Origin: Chiloscyllium plagiosum
Taxonomy: Eukaryota
Assembly (NCBI RefSeq): GCF_004010195.1
Contig: NC_057753.1
Span: 7,869,930 to 7,933,929, forward strand
Direction of reading: 5' to 3'
DNA: 64,000 nt
Of this stretch, positions 50,850 to 64,000 are shown piece after piece. Position numbers and translations under genes: made by a program. The notes beneath the pieces are model-generated. The model was not told where the DNA came from, did not search any database, and saw only the letters and a program-made list of their open reading frames with translations. Numbering within the stretch: the first letter of the stretch is position 1; each line of letters begins with the position of its first letter.

Positions 50850-52400
50850 AGTACTATCAATTAGCACATGGAAAACAATAACTTGGTAACTTCATCACTA
50901 ACCAGAAAGGATTACAACATTACCCCTAGATATTCAATGGTATTAACATAACTGAATCCATTCTGAGTTAGCACGTACCAGAAATATTAATAGGTTAGCC
51001 ATGTAAATACATTGGCTACATGAGCCGGTCAGAAGTTTGGAATTGTGTGACGATTACCTCATTCATTTTCCTCCACAGCCCATCAACCACCATCTGCAAG
51101 GCAAATGTCAGTAATGTGATGGAAACACTCCACTCAGCAGTTGTGTCCATACCCAGCAAGAATGAAGAAGCTTGACGCTATCCAAAATGCGGAATCCATG
51201 TGATTAGTTCATAGCCACTACTTTTGAACATTTCATAAAATCACCACCGAAGCACACTGACAGCAGAGGGTTGTATCGATAAAGTGTTTTGGATAACTCA
51301 CGGAGGTCTGTCAAACTTTAATTTTCTCTTCTGTGAACTCGACTGTTTAAAAGGACTCAGTAGCTATACATGTGAACATGAACAAATCCAATTTCCCTTC
51401 TAAGTAACTGATCATCCAGACATTAAATGTATCCACGAATTCTTCACTGTCACTAGATCCAAAATCATAAAACTCCGCTCCTAACAGCTCTTCAGATTTC
51501 CTATGAACTTCGTCAGTTCAAGAAGGTAACTCCCCCGACTACCTTCTCTATTTCAGTGATTGTTGAAAGAACGCAAACATTTTTGAAGAGCTCCAAGAAA
51601 ATTCAAATGATTGTTGGTCTTTCCAAAAATGCTGAAATACCCAGACTGAAGTGAAACAATTTTGTAGTGCGCTGCATGACTGTCTGTTTCCTATTCTTCC
51701 ATACTATGTATTTCTGAAGGGATGGCTCCCGCCTTCAATCTGAGAAACGTTTCACACTTTCTTCCTTTCTTGCTTATCATTCTTGCGTTACCTGGATACC
51801 ATATATATTAATGAATCATTGCAATGGGTTAGCTACATGGATAGTGATGCTAGGAAGCAAGTTTGCAGAATGATAATTCAACACTGCTGTCGAAGTGGCA
51901 GCATCATCCCAAGTCAGGAAGCTGCAGGAGAACATACACATACCATGGCCCTGAATTGGCTTCCCTTCACTGTTTATGGTGAAGAACGTGAATTTGAAGG
52001 TACTGATGAAAGGATTGTCTGAATCTTTGTATAGAATGTTGCAGATGGTAAGATTTGTGGTTGTTATGCGACTAGTGTAGACGAATTGAATATTAAATGT
52101 GGTGGATTGGACACCCATCGAGTAACACTGCTTGATCGTGGATGGTTTCAAGACCCTAGGGCGTTGTTTAATTGGCACTCAACCAGATAAGTGAAACGAA
52201 ACCATCATGCACCTGATCTTGTTCCTGATGGACAGGCTACGGGGATATAGATATTCAGTGCAGAATTTCCAAGCTGCTCTTCACGCTATAGTATTTATGT
52301 AAGTGATTTAATTAGAACTCTGGTCCATAGTAAATTCTGGAATTTTGATTGAGGGTAACTCAGTGGTGGTCATACTATTTAATATCAATGAGAGTTGAGA
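50850..52400. mobile_element. Two old non-LTR retroposon fragments of one family in opposite orientations (+ ~50850-51560, - ~51700-52400)
   Basis: CCACCATCTGCAAGGCAAATGTCAG..GTGATGGAA resembles a LINE RT C-terminus (TIYKAQVRSVMEY-like); reverse-oriented remnants downstream. Confidence 0.5.
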
Positions 52401-53316
52401 AATAATGAAATAGGGATGCAAGATAGAGAGGAGAGAGAAAGACATGCGCAGTGTCACAGATTGTGGTGAGCAAAGAGAGGCTGAGCTCGAGACATAGTTT
52501 TACATGGAGATACCTTAACAGTAAAGGATTTTTAAAAACTTATTAGAATATGCACAACAGATATTTGATAGTAGCGCTTCCAAACAATTTAACCTAATAA
52601 GGAATTAGGATGTTAGCTGAAAGAGTTGGGGAAATCTTATTACAGATCTTTCATGCCTGAACAGGATAATACACTTCATGCTTGTTCTTCGACACTAAAC
52701 TTTGAAAGGATGATTCTTGCATCTTTACCTATGGTGGCAAAGAATTAGATGTTGCACGAAGGTAATTATAGTTTTGTAAATCTCATTTTATTTTCCGATA
52801 GGGTTTGAGGATGTCTTTCTGGGAGCTGGATGTACCTGAGAAAGGCAGGATAAGGATGCAGTGTCGAGTGATCTATATAAGTCACATTTTCCCAGTAAGT
52901 CAGCATGGCCTACTTTGAATCTTGAAGCACCCGCACCATTTCCCTGTTTGGCTGAGTAGGGACTGAACACTGGCACCAAAAAGATTAAATTCAGCACCTT
53001 ATCAGCGTAAACAACACACAGACAACGAACGTCCGACCTTTAGCATCATTTATATTGATCATGTTTTAAATGATAGTAAGGGTCAAAAAGCGCCAATACC
53101 TCTGTTTTGCTAGTATTGGAGTTAAATGAGGCAATAACGTGGAATGTGTACTTGACCTATCATATCCGGAAACAAGTAGCAGAAACAACCAATTAGATAA
53201 CATACAAAGAATTTTCTTTTTCTGAACTATCTCACAATTCCAATGATGGCATGATTCCTGCATTCCAAAACTCCAGATGCTGGCAATCAAGGTTTACAGG
53301 CATGAAGCTGGAAGAA

Positions 53317-53608
53317 CACGTATGGAGTCAGCTATTACGAGGGGGCATAGCTTTAAATTAAGGGGTGGTAGGTATAAGACAGATGTTAGGGGTAGATTCT
53401 TTACTCAGCGAGTGGTGAGTTCATGGAATGCCCTGCCAGTAGCAGTGGTGGACTCTCCCTCTTTATGGGCATTTAAACGGGCATTGGATATGCATATGGA
53501 GGATAGTGGGCGAGTGTAGGTTAGGTGGGCTTGGATCGGTGCAACATCGAGGGCCAAAGGCCCTGTACTGCGCTGTATTTTTCTATGTTCTATGTTCTAT
53601 GTTCTATC
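53317..53608 (+). mobile_element. Young CR1 3' end
   Basis: TRGHSFKLRGGRYKTDVRGRFFTQRVVSSWNALP; (TTCTATG)3 tail. Confidence 0.93.
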
Positions 53609-53609
53609 A

Positions 53610-53925
53610 CACAGCAATCCTTTTTTTTCACGACTGAGGGTGGATGTACGGAGAGATGCATTTAGAGGGATTTAAGGTAAGAGGAAAAAGAGTCAATAGG
53701 GACCTACGTGGCAATTCTTCACACAGAGTGTGGTTGCGCATCGAATGAGCTGCCAGAGGAGTGGTGGAGGTTGGTAAAATTACAAAATTTAAAAGGCATC
53801 TAAATGATTATGTGAATAGACAGAACTTAGGCCAAATGCTGGCAAATGGGACTAGGTTTATTTAGAATATCTGGTCAACATGGACGGGTTGGAAACATGC
53901 TGCATCTACTTGACACAATGACTCT
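53610..53925 (+). mobile_element. Older CR1 3' end
   Basis: TTCACACAGAGTGTGG..GAATGAGCTGCCAGAGGA..ATTTAAAAGGCAT..GGCAAATGGGACTAG. Confidence 0.75.
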
Positions 53926-53929
53926 AACT

Positions 53930-54398
53930 TTGAATAACTTAGCTGTACTGTAAAAAGTAACAAAGAATCGAAATGGTAACAATTACTATTTAACCGTTCC
54001 AATGTGTCAAAATCCCATAAGTACAGTCTTGACAATAAGACAAATTCAGAAACAGTTTGTCTCACATGCACTTCAGCAGCCCAGGAAGAAAATAAAACAA
54101 GAGAAAAACTCAGAGAGAGAGTGGAGCAGCCGGGAGTGATTCACAGTATTCCAACGTTGCAGAGAACCCAACGGGACTGCTGAAAGCTAAATTAAAGAGC
54201 CTGGTTCACTGGAATTTTGACCACACTCACACAGACTGGTCGACTGATTCGACGCTAAAACAAAAACACAGGGCCACACAGGCTCTTTACTGTATTGGCT
54301 TTTCAAATAAAAAAGGCTATGCAACTGTGTCTTAAAAATAAACTCGCGTTACAAAAAAGCAGTAGGAAATAATATCTTATAACCACAGCATCGTCGCA
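53930..54398 (-). mobile_element. Partial Gmr1-type LTR
   Basis: CAAATTCAGAAACAG block and terminal CCACAGCATCGTCGCA resemble 59205-59836. Confidence 0.55.
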
Positions 54399-54559
54399 TT
54401 CCCAATAAAAAAGGAACAGTCACTATACCAGGGTCGCTTCATTTCAATACTCCTTACTTTTACAGTATTACCACCCAATACCTGAGCATTACGTTTACCT
54501 AAGCATGCAAGCAATCATTATACTGTCTATTTAAGTCCATTTCATTTTACAGTAAAAAA

Positions 54560-56700
54560 TAAACAAAAGAGAAACAGGCAATTCCAATCTTCAATCTGTG
54601 CTAATCATCAAAATATAAAACAAATCTTCTGATCTATTTGGTTCGCATCTCTTTATTCCCTCTCTATTCTTGTAATCAACCAGACAGCTCTTAAATAGCT
54701 GAAAATGTGTTGCTGGAAAAGCGCAGCAGGTCAGACAGCATCCAAGGAACAGGAGAATCGACGTTTCGGGCATAAGCCCTTCTTCAGGAATGAGGAAAGT
54801 GTGTCCAGCAGGCTTTTATCTTAGCAACACATTTTCAGCTCTGATCTCCAGCATCTGCAGTCCTCACTTTCTCCTCGAAGCTCTTAAATAGCGTCAACTT
54901 GCCTGCTTCCACCACCTCTTCCAAGCTCATAATATTCTCTGCGTGAAAAACATCTTTCATCGTACATCTCCCTGCAACATTCGCCCCTCACCTTGAACCT
55001 GTGACCCCTTGTAATTGAAACCCCAAACCTGGGGAGAAAAACACTCTACCTATTCATCGTACCTATGCCTCTCATCATTTTGTAGACCGCTGTAAGGTTT
55101 CCTTTCAGTCTTAATTTTTCCAGTGAAAACAATCCTCATCTTTCTACCCTTCGCATAGCCAATGCCCTGGAGACAGGTAACAGTTCTCTACACTCCCTCC
55201 AAAGCTTTCACGTCCTTCTGATAATGTGGCGACCAAACATGCATAAAGTACGCCAAATGCGGCCTAACCTAAGTTTTATACAGCTGCAACATGGCTTGCC
55301 AACTCTTATATTCCTTGCTGCAGCCGATGAAGTCAACCTTTGCAGTACCTGTCTCAGCACCTTGACTACCTGTGTTGCGAATTTCAGGGAACTGTGAACC
55401 TGCACGCCCAAATCCGTCCGAATGTTAATTTTCCTAAGGGTTCTGTCAGCTAAAGTTAAATTAACACCTAATTTGATCCTCCAAAATCCATCACCTCGCA
55501 TTTGTCTGAATTAAACTCCATCTGCCATTCCTGTATCCAAGTCGCCAATTTCCTGTTGTATCCTTTCACAATCGTCGGCAGGATCAGCACCTTTACCAAT
55601 CTTCATATGATCTCCAAACTTGCTAATCTGACCACCCACATTTTCCTCGAGATTATTCTTCATATACACTTCAAATATTAGAGAATCTAGGACCGATCCC
55701 TATGGAATCCGACTAGTTATACGTCTTCATTCTGGAAACAAATATTATTCTTCCTCGGCTGCCCTCTGTCTTCTATGACTAAGTCACATTTGTATACATC
55801 TGGCCAGCCTATCCCGAATCCCACGTGATTTCAGTTTTTACACAAATCGTGGATGTTAGACTATATCGACGTCTTGCTAAAATCCATATAAATTGCATTC
55901 ACCGCCCTCGCCTAATCAAAAATCTTTATCACGACTTCAAAACATTCAGTCGTGCTGCTTACACATAACTTACCAGGTACAAAACCATGCTGCCTGTCAC
56001 TAACCAGTTCATTTTCATCCAATTGTGCATAAATCTTGTAACTCAGTATTTTATCCAAGATCTTCCCCGCCACAGACATCAGGCTCACCTGCCTATCATT
56101 TCCTGTTTTATCCCTGCTTTATTTTTACACGAGGGAACAACATTGACTAAGCGTCAGTCCTCTAGATCCTCACCTGCTGCCAAATTGGATGTGAAGATAT
56201 CTGCTAATTTTCCAATTGTTTCTGCCATGGCCTCTCGCAGAAACCTGGGATAGATCCTATTTGTCCCTGGAAACTTGCCTACCGTAATGCAAGTTAGGAT
56301 ACCGAAGATCTCCTCCTTCAATGTACTGATATTCTGAATATTATTCACACACTCATGCCTGACATCAGAATGAGTCATGTCCTTTTCCTTGGTGATTTTC
56401 CATGCAATGTATTCATTCTGGATCTTTCCTACTTCCTGTGACCCCATGCATAACCTTCTTTTTTTGTCCTTGAGCAGGCCTAATCTTTCCCTTGCTATCC
56501 TCTATCATCTGAGACATGCATAAAAAGCCTTGGGATTCTCCTTGACCCTGTTCTCTAACTATACCCCTGGTTGCTTTTAGCCTTCCTAATTCCACCTTTA
56601 AGCTCCTTCCTATTTTATGTAAAGTTCTCATAGTCTTTGTCTGTTTCTAACTGCCTAGACCTATCGTTTGCTTCATCCTTCCATTTCAATAAGCTTTCAA
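54560..56700 (-). mobile_element. Degenerate CR1 ORF2
   Basis: PGTNRIYPRFLREA..I...LADIFTS; DLGVQVHSSLKFATQV. Confidence 0.85.
54700..54878. mobile_element. Short Penelope-terminus derivative with a perfect 14-bp TSD, inserted in CR1
   Basis: TSD AGCTCTTAAATAGC at 54686-54699 and 54879-54892; inverted AAAATGTGTTGCT/AGCAACACATTTT. Confidence 0.85.
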
Positions 56701-58257
56701 TCAACGACCTGAGACAACAACTATGCTTGCTGGGAATCTAGGCAAGTTTGGTTCCACCGATGGAGAGAAAGCAGATTTTAAAGTATCGAGTCCACTGACT
56801 CTTCTCCACAGAATAATGCAACACACAGCGCCCTCTGCAAAACAAGTAATATTGTTTAAAAAGAAATAATTCGTTATGAACTTGAATTCCAAATAGAATA
56901 TCACTCAAAATAATTTTGGAATGAAATGTAAAATATAATCCTTCGGTAATGCTGCACTTTGCATCTGTTGATAGGTGGCGTTCCTATTGCACTTTAATTG
57001 GACGTGATTCCATGGAACATATTGAAAGAAGGAAGGGAGGGGCGATTCTTTATATTCATGAATGCATTTGCACAAAGATTCGTGGTGGCGTCCAAATCTT
57101 TCTTATTATATTCAAAAGCAGACGACACTAGGCTCTCCACAGAGATAAGTGTAAACGCTTGCAGGGATTGAACACACATTCCCCATCAAGCATTTCATCA
57201 AACAGCGACGAAAGTGGGATGTGAATGCAAGGGTGTAGAGTGCAATGGATTGGCAGGTCACCATATTTATCCCTCAGCCATCACATCCCATTGCAGATTG
57301 TGTGTGCGCTGATATTTGTCTATTTTGTTATTGCAGAATCAGTTTCCAGAGACCGTTGCCACGTTTTGTGGACATGGGGTACAATCTGCACCATTGAAAG
57401 AAATTGGAATTTCAACTTAATAAAAGATCTGTAAGTAAGTGTTCAATGATAAGCGTGGAATGGCTGACCGTCTGCTTCATCAATATCCTTCAGGGAACAA
57501 AACTGCTGTATTTTCACGACCTCGCCTTCATTTGACTACAGTTTAACAGTAAAGTATTTGAGCCGGCAATCCCAAATATTCAGGAATGATTAAAACAATT
57601 TATCACCAGATCCTGCTAAATTTACATAGATTGTTAAGACGCAGGAACTCAAGTTCGTCATTTCTGGAATACTGCTGGTGACACATAATAGTGAGAGCGG
57701 AGTTATTAGGATACAGCAGATGTTTTCGTGGCTGAGGAGATTTTGCAGGAGGTAGGGATTCAAATTTGTGACTCTATGGGAACTCTTTTGGGGAGATTTG
57801 ACGGTTACAAGAGGGACAGTTTGTACCTGAACTGGAGAGGTATTTGCTAGTGTACTCGGAAGGTGTAAACTATTACGAAAGAAGATGAAATCCAAAATAT
57901 TAGTGGAAAAAGATAGGAAGTTGTGTCGGGCACAATAGCTATGGGGAGCAAGGTAAATAGACAAGACGGGCAAGAAAATAATAGAAAATAAGGCAGTAGT
58001 GAGGAATTAAACTGCAATCATTTCAATGCAAGTGGCCTGCAAGTGAAGAAGATGAACCTAGGACATGGATGGGAATGTAGAACTGGAATATCAGAGCTAT
58101 TGCAGAAACATGGCCGAAGGCGGTTCTGGACAGGCAGTTTAACATTCCATGTTTAAATGGTATAGAATGATAGAAAGGGGTAAAAGAGAGGAGGGATGAT
58201 GTTCTTGATTAGGACAATATTATACTTGCAAATAGGGAGGATATTCCTTAGGGAAAG

Positions 58258-58970
58258 GAATTTATTTTATCCGTTGCTCCCGATGTGGTCTCCTCTACAT
58301 TGGGAAGACTGGATGCCTCAATGCAGAGCGCTTTAGGGAACATCTCCGGGACACCCGCACCAATCAATCCCACTGCCCTGTGGCCCAACATTTCAACTCA
58401 CTCTCCCACTCTGCCGAAGACATGCACGTCCTGGGCCTCCTCCACTGCCGCTCCCTCACCACCCGACGCCTGGATGAAGAACGTCTCACCTTCTGCCTTG
58501 GAACACTTCAACCCCAGGGCATCAATGTGGATTTCACCAGTCTCCTCATTTCCCCTCACCCCACCTTATCCCAGGTCCTACCTTCCAGCTCAGAACCGTC
58601 CCCATGACTTGTCCTACCTGCTTATCTTCTTTTCCACCTATCCACTACACCCTCCTCTCCGACCTATCACCTTGATCCTCACCCCATTCATCCATTGTAC
58701 TCTTTACTACCTTCCCCAATCTCCTCTCTGTCCTATCACCTCCATGTCCACCTGCAATCACCTATTGTACTCTATGCTACTTTCTCCAACCCCCACCCCC
58801 TCCCAGTTATCTCTCCACCCCGAAGGTTCCCTGCTCATATTCCTGATGAAAGGCTTTTGCTCGAAACGTCGATTTTCCTGCTCTCTGGATGCTACCTGAC
58901 CTGCTGTGCTTTTCCAGCACCACTCTAATCCAGAATCAGGTTTCCAACATTTGCAGTCCTCGTTTTTACC
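58258..58970 (+). mobile_element. 5'-truncated Penelope-like element (GIY-YIG C-terminus, 3' region, terminal repeat)
   Basis: IRCSRCGLLYIGKT, RFREHLRDTR, VAQHFNSLSHS; TSD TATyCCTTAGGGAAAG (15/16) at 58242-58257 and 58971-58986; CTGATGA..GAAACGTC at 58843-58870. Confidence 0.88.
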
Positions 58971-59204
58971 TATCCCTTAGGGAAAGTTTGAAGAAGTTGT
59001 ATATGTGGAATAGAATAATAAGAAGGTGATGATCACTTTGATGGCATTATAATATTGTCCCTCCAATAGTGAGCCGGAAATTGAGGAGCAAATATCGGGA
59101 GAGAACTCAGACATCTGTACGAATAATAGGTTTTAATGTCAGGGAATTTTAAATTTCCAAACATACACTCGAACTGCCATAATCTTAATGACTTGTAAGG
59201 GACG

Positions 59205-59836
59205 TCTTATGGATCAGACCAGACAGCCTCAAAACATTTTAAGTAGTTAGCCTCGACACTACATATTTATATTATTTCAAAGGTAAATGTAAAGTTCTGT
59301 GTTCCAGATGTTGTTTGACTTGTAAAACTGCTCGACGTTAAGCAAAACAGGATCTATTCAAATATGAAAGTAAAAATTTAACAAAGGAAAGAAGAACTGA
59401 GAAAACCTTAACTTTATTGGAAAACGTGCACAACAATCGACACAATAACTCTTACTAATTAACTTTCTCAATGTAGTAACAGTCCACGTTTTGGCAAAAA
59501 GGCAAATTCAGAAAACAGATTTTGTCTTACATTCAATCAAACAGCCTCAGAAATCATTCCCCGGGTTTTGGTTGTAATCAAGAGAGGGAAAATAGCTTTC
59601 TCGTATTCATGTCCACAACAACTGCTTAAAGCAAAGAAGAAAAAAACCCACCGGTAATCCCTGTCTGTGAGAACTGGCCACATCCATATAGACAGCTTCT
59701 ATTTCTTCATGTTTAACAGGTAACACGTCTATGAAGCTGTTAACGTTACCACAGACTGTTCTTCACCTCTCGTTAAATCTCTCCTTTAATAGAAACTAGT
59801 GCAAAATACACCTGTTAAAGCCACAACATCATCACA
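59205..59836 (-). mobile_element. Solo LTR, Gmr1-type, inserted in the CR1 endonuclease region
   Basis: TCTTATGGATCAGACCAGAC...CAACATCATCACA termini resemble the other LTRs; CR1 sequence resumes on both sides. Confidence 0.72.
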
Positions 59837-61362
59837 CGTTGGATTTGTTAAGTGTATTCCAGAAAATGTTCTTGCTTAATATGTTGATGCATCTATCAAA
59901 GAAGAAGCAAAGTGTCACTTTCTCTTGGTAAATAAGACAGGGAAATTGACTGAGGTGTTGGTAAGAGAGAACTTTCGCACTGGAGATCATGATGCTATTC
60001 GTTTTAAAGTTATTATTGGAAAAGATAGGTCTGATTTGAAGGTTCATGATCCGAATTATAGTAAGGCCAATTTTGGTGGCATTTGACAGGAAGTTTCAAA
60101 GTTGACTGGGGGAAACTAATTGCAGTTAAAGGGACGCCTCGCATATGGGGTTTCAAAAATGAGGTGACAATAGTTCAGCGAGAGTTCAGTATGTTCCTAT
60201 TGGTGTGAAGGGCAAGGCAGGAAGACATAACGATAACTGGATGATGAACAATAATAAGACTCTGGTGAAGAAGGGAATTTTAAGACTGGGGGACACATTT
60301 TTAATGTTAAGAGGAGAGAGATTAAAAGAAAACATAGGCAAAATGTACGTTTAGGGTGGATCACGTGTGGAATGAACTTTCTGATGAATTGGTGGATGGT
60401 GGTACAATTCTAACGTTTGAAAGTCATGTGAATGAACACATGGTTTGGAAATGTTTGGAGGTTTAACGGCAGGATCAGGGAGATGGGATTAGTTTCATCT
60501 GTGATTACGTTCAGCATGGACTGTTTGGGCCAAAGGCACTGTTTCTGTACTGTATGACTGTATGACTCTAAGACTCTATGACTCTGTGAGACATCTGTCA
60601 GTCTAGACATTAGGGATCAATTGAATCTGTGGAGGAGTACAGGGAGAATTAGAACACACTTAAGAAGGAAATCGGGAGGCCCAAAAAGGGATATAAAGTA
60701 GCTTTGCCAAATAAGTTTAAGGACAATCCTTCGATATTCCACAAATACATTGAAGACAAAAACGGATCGACGGAGAAAATAGGGCCCCACAAAGATCAAA
60801 GAAACTGTTTATATGTGGAACAGCAGGAGATCCCTGAGATACTAAATGACTATTTTGCATCAGTATTTATTATGTTGAAAGACAAGGAAGATAGTGAAAT
60901 TGGAGAAATAAATAATGATATATTGAAAAGAGTCCACATTACAAAAGAGGAACTATTGGAGAAATAAAAATGCATAGAAATAGATAAATCCCCACCAGTT
61001 ACACAGGTGTATCCCAGAATATGGTGTGAATCTAGAAAGGAGGTTGTGGTGTCCGGTGCAGAAATAGTTGTCTCATCGATAGGCAAAGGGAAGGGTGCCA
61101 GGAAACCGGGTTTGTGGCTAATGGCGTGGCATTGACTAAGAAAAACGCTGCAAAGAAAAGTCAAGGATATTTAGGTCAGTGAGTCTGAGGTCCGCGGTGG
61201 TTACGTTGTTTGACAGGATTCTGTGAAATGGAATATACATACATTTCGAAAGGACAGATTAGGAATAACCGGCATGGCTTTGTTCTTGGGAAATCGTGCT
61301 CCACAAATTTTAATTTGTTAAAGAGGTATAAGAGCTTGCCAGAAGATAATTGAAGTTGGAGC

Positions 61363-62802
61363 CATAGAACATAGAACATAGAAGAATACAGCGCAGTACA
61401 GGCCCTTCGGCCCTCGATGTTGCGCCGATCCCAGCCCACCTAACCTACACTAGCCCACTATCCTCCATATGCCTATCCAATGCCCGCTTAAATGCCCATA
61501 ATGAGGGAGATTCCACCACTGCTACTGGCAGGGCATTCCATGAACTCACGACACGCTGAGTAAAGAACCTACCCCTAACATCTGCCCTATACCTACCCCC
61601 CCCAGTGCCTCCACATCTTTCCTATAGTATGGCGACCAAAACTGCACACAATATTCCAGATGCTGCCGTACCAGAGTCTTATACAACTGCATCATGACCT
61701 CAGGAGTCCGGAACTCAATTCCTCTACCAATAAAAGCCAGTACGCCATATGCCTTCCTCACCGCACTATTTACTTGGGTGGCAACTTTCAGAGATCTGTG
61801 TACATGGACACCAAGATCCCTCTGCTCATCCACACTACCAAGTATCCGACCATTAGCCCAGTACCCCATCTTTTTGTTATTCTTCCCAAAGTGAATCACC
61901 TCGCACTTAGCTACATTGTATTCCATCTGCCACCTTTCTGCCCAGCTCTGCAGCTTCTCTATATCCTGCTGTAACCTGCCATATGCTTCCTCACTGTCAA
62001 CAACTCCTCCGACTTTCGTATCATTCGCAAACTTGCTCACCCAACCTTCTAGCCCCTCTTCCAGGTCATTTATAAAAATGACAAACAGCAATGGTCCCAA
62101 AACAGATCCTTGCGGAACACCGCTAGTGACGGCACTCCATGAAGAAACTTTGCCATCAACTACTACCCTCTGTCTTCTTCCATCCAGCCAATTCCTAATC
62201 CAAACCTCCAACTCACCCTCAATGCCATATCTCCGTATTTTCTGCAGTAGCCTACCATGGGGAACCTTATCAAACGCCTTACTAAAATCCATATATACCA
62301 CATCTACCGCTTTCCCCTCATCAACCTCCTTCGTCACCTTTTCAAAGAATTCAATAAGGTTTGTGAGGCACGACTTGCCCTTCACAAAACCATGCTGACT
62401 ATCCTTGAACACATTATTCCTTTCCAGATGTTCATAAATCCTATCCCTTACAATTCTCTCTAAGACTTTGCCCACAATAGAAGTGAGACTCACCGGCCTA
62501 TAGTTACTAGGGTTATCCCTACTCCTCTTCTTGAACAAGGGAACCACATTTGCTATCCTCCAGTCTTCTGGCACTATTCCTGTAGACAACGAGGACATAA
62601 AAATCAAGGCCAATGGCTCTGCAATCTCTTCCCTTGCTTCCCAGAGAATCCTAGGATAAATGCCATCAGGCCCAGGGGACGTATCTATTTTCACCCTTTC
62701 CAGAATTTCCAACACCTCTTCTCTACATACCTCAAAGCCATCCATTCTACTTAATTGTGACTCAGTACTCACATTGACAACAATGTCCCGTTCCTGATTG
62801 AA
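61363..62802 (-). mobile_element. Young 5'-truncated CR1 with an open RT region and an internal deletion near 61603
   Basis: 431-aa ORF with SPGPDG, NYRPVSLTS, QHGF, DFSKAFDKV, GVPQGSVLGP, FANDT (catalytic D to N); (CATAGAA)n tail on the + strand. Confidence 0.96.
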
Positions 62803-64000
62803 TACATAGAATTTAGCAACGTCTTCCACCAGGTTCCGCATTGTAAACTGATTAGTAAGGGAGATTACATGGGAGCCTGGGAGAGACAGCTAATTGCATA
62901 AAGAAAGGATTTGATGGCAGAAGACAGAAGATGGATGTGGAGCGTTGTTGATAAGGTGGGAGGTGTATGAACAGAGGCGTGCAGTTTGGGTGAGTTATAG
63001 ATCAAAGGATCCACAGTTGTTTCTCATTTGTATTAACGAGTTGGATACGTATATAGGATGTATGGTTCGTACGTTTGCTAATGATACCACAATTGGTGTA
63101 GTGTAGACAGTGAAAAAGATTATTTGAGAGTGGAATGAAATTTTGGTCAGATGGTCTAATGCACTGGAAAGTGGCAATAGAGTTAAATTTTAGATAAATG
63201 TTGATGATGTAATTTTTTTTGAAGGTAAATCAGGGCAGCAATTGCACAGTTAATATTGGGCCGTGTGGAGGGTTGTTGAACAGAGGGACGTAAGGGTTCA
63301 GGTTCATAACTGTTTGAAAGCAGCATTGCAAGTAGACAAGGTGGTGAAGAAAGTGTTTGGCGTGTTTGCCTCCATTGATCAGTGCATCAAGTGTAGTTGG
63401 TCCAAAGAAATTTTGCTATTACACAAGACGCTAGTGAGGTAGTTTTCGAAATACTGCGTACAATTTGGCTCGCTCTGCTGTAGGAAGGATGTTGTTAAAC
63501 TAGAAAATGTGCACACAGCAAAACAAGATGTTGCCAGAGTGTTTGAGTTATTAGGAAAGTCTGCAAAGGCTGGGACCTTTTACACTGGAGTTTTGGAGGC
63601 TGAAGAATGACCGCCTAGAAGTTTATAAATTTAAAGGAATCCGAGACAAGTTTAAAAGCCAACTCTGTTTCCAAGGATAGGCAAGTCCAAAATAAGAAGG
63701 CATAGGTTGAAGTTGTGACTGGAAAGACTAAAATGGAGGTGAGGGACAATCTTTTCAGGTGGAAGGTGATGGTAGATGGGACGAGCTGCTAGACGAAGTG
63801 GCAGAGGCAGAAATAAAGACAGCATTTAAAAGAATACTGGGTAGATACATGCAGAGAAAATGTTTAGAGGAATATGGGCCAAACGATAGCAACGGAATTA
63901 GTGCACTTCAGAATTCCAGGTCAGCATGTCCGAGTTCGCCGAATGGTCTGATTCCCTGCTTTATGATTCTATGACTCGGCATTAAAAAGGAGGAGTTATG

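Larger units (their letters stand above)
57600..63975 (+). mobile_element. Old near-full-length CR1 (ORF1 end, endonuclease, RT, 3' UTR) fragmented by at least four nested insertions
   Basis: Collinear CR1 remnants resume across 58258-58970, 59205-59836, ~60280-60590 and 61363-62802; e.g. EILNDYFASVF, HGFVLGKSC. Confidence 0.78.

Noticed and set aside
61546..62841. 431-aa RT ORF as an active or domesticated gene
   Set aside because: 5'-truncated CR1; N-terminus comes from flanking antisense sequence, catalytic motif is FAND and the C-terminus is deleted

Overview
Repeat-rich vertebrate genomic DNA, most likely from a shark (inferred from HE1-type V-SINEs and CR1/HER1-type LINE tails), with three assembly gaps (12791-13389, 22672-23171, 38561-39060). 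The only host gene I can support is an apparently intact two-exon class A GPCR of the GPR139/GPR142-like type on the minus strand. Exon 1 is 30492-30561 (absent from the ORF track) and exon 2 is 18963-19861, giving 322 aa. The rest is layered transposable elements: many CR1 LINEs, two V-SINEs, Penelope-like elements and short palindromic derivatives carrying hammerhead-ribozyme cores, two decayed Gmr1-type Gypsy elements (integrase before RT) and several solo LTRs. The most unusual object is a decayed fish-type endogenous retrovirus (39061-43839, minus strand) nested in a Gmr1 integrase. It has a 739-bp LTR, a tRNA-Trp primer site, tandem leader repeats, a gag UGA in frame with the protease, and a 2H-phosphodiesterase-like domain (two HxT motifs) between protease and RT. 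Boundaries of decayed repeats are approximate; no database search was run.
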